Origin: Halomicrobium mukohataei DSM 12286
Lineage (GTDB): Archaea; Halobacteriota; Halobacteria; Halobacteriales; Haloarculaceae
Assembly: GCF_000023965.1 (NCBI RefSeq)
Contig: NC_013202.1
Coordinates: forward strand, 180,001 to 212,000
Length of the DNA: 32,000 nucleotides
Reading direction: 5' to 3'
In this document: piece by piece, positions 8,341-15,495 of the stretch
Layout of the letters: the number at the start of each line of letters is the position of its first letter
Numbering within the stretch: the first letter of the stretch is position 1
Position numbers and translations under genes: made by a program
Notes under the pieces: model-generated
What the model was told of the DNA's origin: nothing
Databases searched by the model: none
The model's input: only the letters and a program-made list of their open reading frames with translations

Positions 8341-10570
8341 GGAAGAACTCGCCAAAGACCTCGGACCGCTGGCCGCCCTGACGATCGGCGTCGGGACGAT
8401 GATCGGCGCGGGCATCTTCGTGCTCCCCGGAGAGGCGATTCTCAAGTCCGGGTCGCTCGCGCCGGTCGCGTTCGTTTTGGGCGGTGTCATCGCGATGTTT
8501 ACGGCGCTGTCGGCGAGTGAACTCGGCACCGCGATGCCCCGATCCGGCGGGGCCTACTACTACGTCAACCACGCCCTCGGTCCGCTGTTCGGCTCGGTCG
8601 CCGGCTGGGCGAACTGGCTCGGGCTCGCCTTCGCCAGCGCGTTCTACATGGTCGGCTTCGGGCGGTACATCGCTCGCATCTTCGGACTCTCGGGCAGCGT
8701 CGGCGTCGGTCCGGTCTCGATCACCGTCGTCAAGCTGACCGCGCTGGCCGGTGGTGCGTTCTTCATCCTGATCAACTACGTCGGTGCCAAGGAGACCGGC
8801 AGGCTACAGAACGTCATCGTCGTCTTGCTCATCGGAATCCTCACCGTGTTCACGTTTCTGGGAACGCTCCGGGCCGAGCCGTCGAATCTCCCGGCCGCGA
8901 CCGACGTGGTCACCACACTGGAGACGACGGGTCTCATCTTCGTCTCGTATCTCGGCTTCGTCCAGATCACCAGCGTGGCCGAGGAGATCAAAGACCCCGG
9001 AAAGAACCTTCCCCGGGCAGTCATCGGCAGCGTCGTCATCGTGACCGTCATCTATGCACTGGTGTTGGTGATCATGAGCGCGGCCGTCCCACAGGGGTTC
9101 ATCGCGGACATCATCAGCTCCGACGCCGAGAATCCCATCGCCGTCGTCGAGGTCGGCAACTACATTCAGGGGGCCCTGATGGGCGGGGCACTGCTGTTCG
9201 GTGGCCTGCTCGCGACCGCCTCCAGCGCGAACGCGTCGATCCTCGCGTCGTCGCGTATCAACTTCGCCATGGGCCGTGATCGAATCGTCACGCCGGCACT
9301 CAACGAGATACACCCACGGTACGGAACGCCATACAGGGCGATCAGCATCACCGGGGGACTCATTCTGCTGTTCATCGTGATCGGCGACATAACGCTGCTG
9401 TCGGGTGCCGCGTCCGGACTGCACCTCATCATCTACGGACTGCTGAACCTCGCGCTGATCGTGATGCGCTACGTGAATCCAGAAGAGTACACCCCGGAGT
9501 TCGTGGTGCCGCTGTACCCCCTCTTACCGATCCTCGGTGTCGTGTTCTCCTTTGCGTTGCTGGTGTTCGTCGCCGAGGACGCGCTGTTGCTCTCCTTTGG
9601 CATCGCCGCGGCAGCGGTCCTGTGGTACGGGCTCTACGCCCGTTCACGCACGGAAAAGCAGGGGATACTCTCGAAGCACATCATTTCGCGCTCCGACGAG
9701 ATGCCCGACGCGGCAGTCAGTGCAGCCGTCGGGGTCCAACCCGACGGTGGCCAGTACCGCGTGATGGTGCCCCTGGCCAATCCCGAGAACGAGCAAGACC
9801 TCATCACCCTCGCGAGCGCGATCGCAAAGCAGCGCGGGGGCACCGTGGTTGCCACGCACATCGTTACCGTTCCCAGCCAGACGGCGCTCGCGGCCGCTGC
9901 CGACCGGTCCGACGAGATCGACAAGACATCGGAGCGTCTGCTCGCAAACGCTCGGGAGGACGCCGAGACGTTCGGCGTCGACGTCGAGACCAACACGATC
10001 GTCTCGCACAAGTCCTACGAGGCTATCTTCGACGCCGCTCGCTCACAGACCGCGGATCTCGTCGTGATGGGATGGGGCCCGGACGCACACGGTTCGCCGG
10101 GGCGGGCCGAGTCAGCCATGGACGAACTCACCGAGTCGGTCCCCTGTGACTTCCTGGTCTTCCGTGACCGCGGGTTCGATCCGTCGCGCATTCTGCTCCC
10201 GACAGCTGGCGGTCCGGACTCCGAGCTGTCGGCGACCGTCGCAAAGTTGCTGCAGGCGGAGTACGACTCCGAAGTGACGTTGCTCAACGTCGACGAAAAT
10301 CGGGAAGCGGGAGCGCAGTTCCTCGAAGAGTGGGCAGTCGAACACGGGTTGACGGACGCCGAACGCCTCGTCAAATCCGGCGACATCGAGACGGCCATCC
10401 GCAACGCTGCCGACGACGCGACGCTCCTCCTCATCGGTGCGACCGAGGAAGGCCTACTGCGTCGGCTCGTCTCCAAGTCACTCGTGCTGGACGTTGTCGA
10501 CGACGTGGAGTGTTCGGTCCTCCTCGCGGAGACCCACCGGGACCGGGGGCTGCTCGAACGGCTGTTCTAA
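8333..10570 (+). CDS. APC-family amino acid/polyamine permease fused to two C-terminal USP domains
   Basis: N-terminus LTIGVGTMIGAGIFVLPGEA followed by about 12 hydrophobic segments. The C-terminus holds two USP-like repeats (YRVMVPLANPENE...DLVVMGW and ILLPTAGGPDSE...TLLLIGATEEG). The start overlaps the upstream usp stop (ATGAGTGA). Confidence 0.9.
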   Translation: MSEEELAKDLGPLAALTIGVGTMIGAGIFVLPGEAILKSGSLAPVAFVLGGVIAMFTALSASELGTAMPRSGGAYYYVNHALGPLFGSVAGWANWLGLAFASAFYMVGFGRYIARIFGLSGSVGVGPVSITVVKLTALAGGAFFILINYVGAKETGRLQNVIVVLLIGILTVFTFLGTLRAEPSNLPAATDVVTTLETTGLIFVSYLGFVQITSVAEEIKDPGKNLPRAVIGSVVIVTVIYALVLVIMSAAVPQGFIADIISSDAENPIAVVEVGNYIQGALMGGALLFGGLLATASSANASILASSRINFAMGRDRIVTPALNEIHPRYGTPYRAISITGGLILLFIVIGDITLLSGAASGLHLIIYGLLNLALIVMRYVNPEEYTPEFVVPLYPLLPILGVVFSFALLVFVAEDALLLSFGIAAAAVLWYGLYARSRTEKQGILSKHIISRSDEMPDAAVSAAVGVQPDGGQYRVMVPLANPENEQDLITLASAIAKQRGGTVVATHIVTVPSQTALAAAADRSDEIDKTSERLLANAREDAETFGVDVETNTIVSHKSYEAIFDAARSQTADLVVMGWGPDAHGSPGRAESAMDELTESVPCDFLVFRDRGFDPSRILLPTAGGPDSELSATVAKLLQAEYDSEVTLLNVDENREAGAQFLEEWAVEHGLTDAERLVKSGDIETAIRNAADDATLLLIGATEEGLLRRLVSKSLVLDVVDDVECSVLLAETHRDRGLLERLF

Positions 10571-10980
10571 AGGAGTTGGGGGCACAGTAGTTCTCTCGGC
10601 CCTCGGACGCTGTCTGCGGTGACTGATACAGCGAGTGATCCGGTTCACAGAACGTCGAAAGTCGTGATACTGCCGACTGTCCATCTGTAACGAATCTCGC
10701 GATACGTGATCGCGACTCTCTTGAAACAGTGACAGCCAGCAGTATGAGTCGCCCGGTCCGAGAGCGAGGTTGGAGACGCCACAGTGGTCCAGCCGGCGAG
10801 GCCCCGCCGTGGCGTCGACGGCGCGTCTGGTGCCGGAGACCGATAGAGACGAGACGTTGCCCGGTCGTCCAGAAGCAATCTCCTCGAACCGACACTGGTC
10901 GTCGAGTGCTCAGTTGCCAGTACGGCAATTCCATATAGCGCTATCTGATTTATTGCCGACTGCACGCCCGACGCGCCGAA

Positions 10981-10987
10981 CTTATAC
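10981..10987 (+). promoter_or_regulatory. TATA-like element about 28 nt upstream of the rio2 ATG (implies a leaderless transcript)
   Basis: The sequence cttatac lies at 10981-10987 and the ATG at 11012. Confidence 0.4.
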
Positions 10988-11011
10988 GAGTCGGACGATT
11001 ACGGGGCGCTA

Positions 11012-11917
11012 ATGGTCCAGAACGTCGCACGCGAGATGGCAGATCTCGAACCCGAGGACTTTCACCTCCTCTCGGGCGTCGAGCAGGGGATGCGCTTCTC
11101 GGAGTACGTCGACCGCGAGAAGCTCCCGCAGTTCTCGCGACTGACCGCCGAAGACGTGGACTACCGACTGGACCGCTGTGAAGACCGGGGCTTCCTGGAG
11201 CGCAAGACCATGCAGTACGAGGGGTTCAAGCTCACGTTCGAGGGGTACGACGCCCTCGCACTGCACGCGCTGGTCGAGCGGGGGACGATCGAGGGGTTCG
11301 GTGCCCCGCTGGGGGTCGGCAAGGAGAGCGACGTGTTCGAAGTCAGCTCCTACAAGCCCATGGCCCTGAAGTTCCACCGCGAGGGGTACACCCAGTTTCG
11401 GGAAGTCAACAAGGAACGGGAGTACACCGCCGACCGCGATCACGTCTCCTGGCAGTACACCGCACGGAAGGCCGCCGAGCGCGAGTACGACGCACTGGAG
11501 ACGCTGTACCCGGACGTACGCGTTCCCCAGCCCATCGACACCAACCGCCACGCGATCGTCATGGAGAAGATCGACGGCGTCGAGCTCTCTCGAACGAAAC
11601 TCGACGACCAGCAGGTGCGACCCGTGCTGGAACTGATCCTCACAGAGATGGGGACGGCCTACGACGACGGGTACGTCCACGCGGACATGAGCGAGTACAA
11701 CGTGTTCGTCGGCACCGACGGAATCACGATCTTCGACTGGCCCCAGGCCGTGCCGGCCGACCACGCGAACGCCGACGAGTTGCTGGCCCGCGACGTGGAG
11801 AACATCCTCGGGTACTTCCAGCGGAAATACCCCCGGTTCGTCGACGACATCGAGGTCGACGCCGTCGCCGACGCGTTGCTCGCAGGCGAGTTCGAGTCGC
11901 TGTCTGACCACGACTGA
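11012..11917 (+). CDS. rio2: RIO-type serine/threonine protein kinase, Rio2 class (N-terminal winged helix)
   Basis: N-terminal wHTH region (DFHLLSGVEQGMRFSEYV...YEGFKLTFEGYDALAL), then GAPLGVGKESDVFEV (P-loop-like), ALKFHR, HADMSEYNVFV and IFDWPQAV. Confidence 0.9.
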   Translation: MVQNVAREMADLEPEDFHLLSGVEQGMRFSEYVDREKLPQFSRLTAEDVDYRLDRCEDRGFLERKTMQYEGFKLTFEGYDALALHALVERGTIEGFGAPLGVGKESDVFEVSSYKPMALKFHREGYTQFREVNKEREYTADRDHVSWQYTARKAAEREYDALETLYPDVRVPQPIDTNRHAIVMEKIDGVELSRTKLDDQQVRPVLELILTEMGTAYDDGYVHADMSEYNVFVGTDGITIFDWPQAVPADHANADELLARDVENILGYFQRKYPRFVDDIEVDAVADALLAGEFESLSDHD

Positions 11918-11925
11918 TACGGACG

Positions 11926-11989
11926 GTTGTAGGCGTTTACCCAGTCGACCGCACGACGGCGTGCGGTCGATCTGGTAAAGACCTACAAC
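11926..11989. terminator. 64-nt imperfect palindrome 9 nt after the rio2 stop (hairpin with 29-nt arms)
   Basis: The left arm (11926-11954) matches the reverse complement of the right arm (11961-11989) at 24 of 29 positions. This includes a perfect 10-bp apical stem tcgaccgcac/gtgcggtcga around the loop gacggc. A TTT run follows. Confidence 0.55.
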
Positions 11990-12158
11990 TTTCCGTATGA
12001 ACGACGGATTTCTGCCAGATTGAGACGACGGCCGAGCGAAATCGGAGCGACGGGTGAGGGTAGCGGGCACAGATAAACCACATACCGCGATAGAGAACTA
12101 GCCGTTCGGAGAATGACCGGACGGACAGACGGCTATTCAGTCTGTTCCGGAACCTCGG

Positions 12159-12597
12159 ATGAAAGCCTTCGTCGCCGGCACGACGGGTACGGCAAGCGAC
12201 TGGTCGGGCTGTGCACCGCGCACGGCCACCGTAGTCAGTTTGCCCCGAGCGAGGCGACAAAATCGTGGGAGCCGCCGCCGTCCAGACCGCACGACCGAAT
12301 CGGCCGCCGATGCGGAGAACACCGCGGTGGCGCTGAACGGGGGTCAGGAAGCCGTCCCACGCCGTCGACGAGCGGTCACGCTGGCCGACTTCCTCGAACC
12401 GTTCTCGACCACCTCGACGCCGAACAGCCAGTCGGATGGCCGGCTGGGAGCCCGAGTATCCGACGTACGAAGACGGTCTCGACGCCGTCGCTACCGGTTT
12501 CGGGGAGACGAGCAGAGACGCGAACGCTCGCTACCGCGAGCCCGAGACCAGGAACTCGATCAGATTCCCGATCAACACTTCGTTGTCGGCAGTGTAG
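12159..12597 (+). pseudogene. Possible decayed NAD-dependent epimerase/dehydratase (SDR) remnant, frameshifted and internally deleted
   Basis: Frame 0 starts MKAFVAGTTG. The adjacent frame continues YGKRLVGLCTAHGH, a Rossmann GxxGxxG-like N-terminus split by a frameshift. A third frame at 12436-12597 reads MAGWEPEYPTYEDGLDAV, resembling the LGWxPxxxlxeGL C-terminal block of epimerases. Only about 0.4 kb remains where about 0.9 kb is expected. Confidence 0.3.
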
Positions 12598-13421
12598 GCG
12601 TAGTCCGTGCCGAGCAACGATCGATCGCCCAGCGCGACGGCGTTGCCCTGGCGGGCGAGCACCGAGTACCGCGCCTGGCGACGGGTCGTCGAGAGCGCGG
12701 TCGATTCGTTGGTGTCGAGCAGCGAGGAGCCACCGACGACCGGGCGAGCGGTGTACGCCGTGACTCGGTCGACACCCTCCGTCAGCGCCGTCTCGCTCGC
12801 TGGGGTCGCGTAGACGGCCCGGTGGTTGGTGTCGTACTCGCGCAGATCGTAGAGGTAGCCGCCGTCGAATCCGAGCCCGAAGACTCCGGCGAGATTCGTC
12901 ATCGGGGTCGACGCGGTGGCCCCGCGAGCGGCCTGTCGCGGGGGTTCGTTGACCAGCAGCACGCGACCGCCGTCCTCGGCGAACTGCTCGACGCGACGCC
13001 GTTCGCTCTCGTTGTACTGGTCGTTCGGAGCGATCACGACGAACGCGTCGGCATCCGAGAGCGTCTCGCCGAGGGACTGGCGGTCGGCCATCGCGTCGGT
13101 GTAGAACTGCACGTCGTGACCGGCCGCCGTCAGGCTCGTGACGAGCGGGCTGATGTCGCCGGGCGCGACGCTGTTGTTGTGGCTCTGGTCGATGACGACG
13201 GTCTTCTCGCTCGCGGTCGCGTCGGGCTCGATCTCGCCGGCTTCGGCCGACGAGTCCGCGAGGATCGCCTCGGGCTGATGGCTCTGGACGGTCAGGGGCG
13301 CGGTCTCGTTCCCGTCGACCGGGACGGGGATCGATCCGAGCCCGGTCAGGGTGGCGACGACCAGGAACACGGCGACGAAGACGCCGGCTTTGAGCGCCGC
13401 GTCACGCAGCTCCACTGGCAC
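12531..13421 (-). CDS. Membrane-anchored DUF4350-like protein
   Basis: N-terminal TM segment (AGVFVAVFLVVATLTGLG). Blocks VVIDQSHNN, AFVVIAPN and GGRVLLVNEP recall DUF4350/GldG-like domains. The GTG start overlaps the sppA 3' end by 20 nt. Confidence 0.7.
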   Translation of the reverse strand: MPVELRDAALKAGVFVAVFLVVATLTGLGSIPVPVDGNETAPLTVQSHQPEAILADSSAEAGEIEPDATASEKTVVIDQSHNNSVAPGDISPLVTSLTAAGHDVQFYTDAMADRQSLGETLSDADAFVVIAPNDQYNESERRRVEQFAEDGGRVLLVNEPPRQAARGATASTPMTNLAGVFGLGFDGGYLYDLREYDTNHRAVYATPASETALTEGVDRVTAYTARPVVGGSSLLDTNESTALSTTRRQARYSVLARQGNAVALGDRSLLGTDYAYTADNEVLIGNLIEFLVSGSR

Positions 13422-14325
13422 GCACCTCCCGAGCGGACGTGTTCAGATCGCCCCAGAGCATCAGGTACTGGGGGCGTTCGATGCCACGCGTCGTCAACAG
13501 CGACGCGCGATCGACCTGGCCGGCGTCGGTGCTGTTGGCGTCCGATCCGAGCAGCAAAGAGAGCACGCCGGGCGTCGTCGAGCGGTACACCACGTCGTAG
13601 GAGTCGAGGCCCGCCTTCTCCGCCGCGGCGGCGATGGCCGTCTCCAGCCCGCCGATCTCGTCGGCGAGTCCGTTGTCGACGGCGGCCGCGCCGGAGTACA
13701 CCTTCGCGTTCGTCAGCTCCGTGCGCGACAGGGAGAGTCGATCGCCGCGTTCGGCGTACACCGAATCGACGAACGAGCGTTTGAGCGTCTCGACCTGGCC
13801 ACGGATGTCGTCACCGGTGAGCCCGCCGGCCTTGTCGGGACCGGTCGTCACGGAGCGGGGGACGCCGTCGGGCTGGGGAATCAGGGCGCGTACCCCGACG
13901 CTCCCGACCAGTCCGCCCGGCGTCGCGTAGATCTCGTCGCTGGGCAGGGCCGTGTAGTACGCACCCGAGGCCGCGACGCCCCGGACGCTCGTGACGACCG
14001 GTTTCTCGCGGGCGAGTCGCTTGACCGCCCGGTACTGTGCTTCACTCGCCGCGACGCTCCCACCGCCGCTGTCGATGCGAAGGACCACGGCGTCGATCGA
14101 ATCGTCCGTCCGGAGCGTTCGGAGTTGCCGAGTCACCTCGTCGGCGGTGGGGCCGCTGATCGGTCCCTGGATGGTCACGGCGGCTATCGTTCCCTCGTCG
14201 TCGCTCTGGAACAGCGCCGACGAGACGGCGGGGCCGACCGCGGCACCGATCAGGAGGGCGACGACGATGATGACCGTGTAGGAGGTCAACAGCGTCTTGA
14301 CGTAGTTGTCGATCGGATTCGCCAT
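13402..14325 (-). CDS. sppA: Signal peptide peptidase SppA (S49 family, 36K type)
   Basis: N-terminal TM segment, then IAAVTIQGPI, DSIDAVVLRIDSGGGSVAASE and VRGVAASGAYY (catalytic Ser context), followed by GSVGV. Confidence 0.9.
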   Translation of the reverse strand: MANPIDNYVKTLLTSYTVIIVVALLIGAAVGPAVSSALFQSDDEGTIAAVTIQGPISGPTADEVTRQLRTLRTDDSIDAVVLRIDSGGGSVAASEAQYRAVKRLAREKPVVTSVRGVAASGAYYTALPSDEIYATPGGLVGSVGVRALIPQPDGVPRSVTTGPDKAGGLTGDDIRGQVETLKRSFVDSVYAERGDRLSLSRTELTNAKVYSGAAAVDNGLADEIGGLETAIAAAAEKAGLDSYDVVYRSTTPGVLSLLLGSDANSTDAGQVDRASLLTTRGIERPQYLMLWGDLNTSAREVRASGAA

Positions 14326-14350
14326 TCGCTAGGGTCGTTGGCGTGCTCGG

Positions 14351-14359
14351 ATAAAAAGC
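14351..14359 (-). promoter_or_regulatory. T-rich element (TTTTTAT on the minus strand) about 28 nt upstream of the sppA ATG and just downstream of the dehydrogenase stop
   Basis: The plus strand reads ataaaaagc at 14351-14359. The sppA ATG is at 14325 and the upstream gene stop at 14377. Confidence 0.4.
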
Positions 14360-14376
14360 CACGACGACGAGGACGA

Positions 14377-15342
14377 TCAGAGCCAGTCGAGATCAGGGTC
14401 GATTCGGTTCGGCGGCGTCTCGCCGTCCAGCGCGGCCGCGACGTTGCGAGCCACGGTCTCGTTGAGCTCCTCGCGCGCCTCGACGGAGTACCAGCCGGCG
14501 TGTGGCGTCAGGATGCAGTTGTCGAGCGCGCGCAGCGGGCTGTCGTCGGCCGGGGGCTCGCGGCGGGACACGTCGAGCCCGGCAGCGCCGATCGCGCCGT
14601 CCGCGAGTGCGTCGGTCAGCGCCGCCTCGTCGATCAGACCGCCGCGGGCCGTGTTGACGACGATCGCGTGGTCCCGCATGGCCCCGAGCGCGTCGGCGTC
14701 GATCAGCCCCTCGGTCTCGTCGGTCAGGGGCGCGTGCAGGGAGACGTGATCCGCCCGCGCGAGCAGCTCCTCGAAGGAGACTCCCTCTACGTCGGCCGCG
14801 GCCATCTCCTCGGGATCGACGTAGGGGTCGTACGCGATCACGTCGAGATCGAACCCTCGAACGCGTTCGCGGAGTCGGCGCGCGATCGGGCCGAAGGAGA
14901 CGAGCCCGAGCGTCGTGTCGGGGAACCGGTGGACCGGCCGCCCGTCCTCCCAGGCCCACTCGCCGGCCGCGGTCGCGCGGTCGTACTCGGCGATCTTTCG
15001 CACGCAGTCCAACAGGAGCGCCAGCCCGTGGGTCGCGACCTCGTCGGTACAGTACTCCGGGACGTTGGTGACGACCACGTCGTGTTCGGCCGCGGCCTCG
15101 ACGTCGACGTTCTCGAAGCCGACGCCCGCGCGAGCGACGATCTGGAGTGCGGGCAGTTGCTCGAAGACGCCCGCGGGCACCGGCGTGTTCACGTCGACCA
15201 CCAGCGCCGCGGCGTCGCGAGCGGCCTCGACGATCGCGTGCTCGTCGGGCAGCGGTTCGGTTCGGATGGTCGCGTCGGGCAACGCGTCGGCGAGCGCGCT
15301 AGGATCGAGCATCGGGTCGTCGCTGACGAGAACTTCGCTCAT
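14377..15342 (-). CDS. D-isomer-specific 2-hydroxyacid dehydrogenase family protein (PGDH/CtBP-like)
   Basis: ATG at 15342 (MSEVLVSDD; the listed 15360 start is TTG). Blocks VNTARGGLID (Arg), GLDV...EP (Glu) and ILTPHAGWYS (His). The NAD-binding region LGLVSFGPIARRL...DLDVIAYDP is a variant of GxGxxG. Confidence 0.88.
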   Translation of the reverse strand: MSEVLVSDDPMLDPSALADALPDATIRTEPLPDEHAIVEAARDAAALVVDVNTPVPAGVFEQLPALQIVARAGVGFENVDVEAAAEHDVVVTNVPEYCTDEVATHGLALLLDCVRKIAEYDRATAAGEWAWEDGRPVHRFPDTTLGLVSFGPIARRLRERVRGFDLDVIAYDPYVDPEEMAAADVEGVSFEELLARADHVSLHAPLTDETEGLIDADALGAMRDHAIVVNTARGGLIDEAALTDALADGAIGAAGLDVSRREPPADDSPLRALDNCILTPHAGWYSVEAREELNETVARNVAAALDGETPPNRIDPDLDWL

Positions 15343-15367
15343 ACCGGCACTGGGGCTCAAGAACGGT

Positions 15368-15399
15368 AAAAAACCCCGATCGCGTTCCGGGACCGCGAT
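15368..15399 (-). terminator. Hairpin plus T6 on the minus strand, downstream of the lipoprotein pair; the T-tract also sits about 27 nt upstream of the dehydrogenase ATG
   Basis: Read on the minus strand: atcgcg gtcccggaa cgcgat (6-bp stem, plus coordinates 15379-15399), then cgggg TTTTTT (plus-strand A6 at 15368-15373). Confidence 0.5.
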
Positions 15400-15495
15400 A
15401 ACGGCGGGTGGCAGGACCGCCGCGGGGTCGGCCGGATAAACCGAGATGCGCGATATCGAATCGCAGATCGCGTGAGACTTCTCGGAGGGGCGGAG

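Noticed and set aside
10431-10965. ORFs of 69-167 aa inside the permease-rio2 spacer
   Set aside because: They are basic, Arg/Ser/Pro-rich, lack consistent codon bias and mutually overlap in different frames. The region is kept only as a possible noncoding element.
11009-12070. 353-aa minus-strand ORF
   Set aside because: It lies antisense to rio2 and is a shadow ORF.
12159-13784. 541-aa plus-strand ORF as an intact gene
   Set aside because: Beyond about 12530 it runs antisense to the DUF4350-like and sppA genes and is Arg-rich junk. Only its first codons (MKAFVAGTTG) look meaningful, and those are treated as part of a gene remnant.
13351-15369. 672-aa plus-strand ORF
   Set aside because: It runs antisense to sppA and the 2-hydroxyacid dehydrogenase, both of which have clear family motifs. 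The translation is Arg/Gly/Val/Asp-rich with no motif, typical of shadow ORFs in GC-rich DNA.
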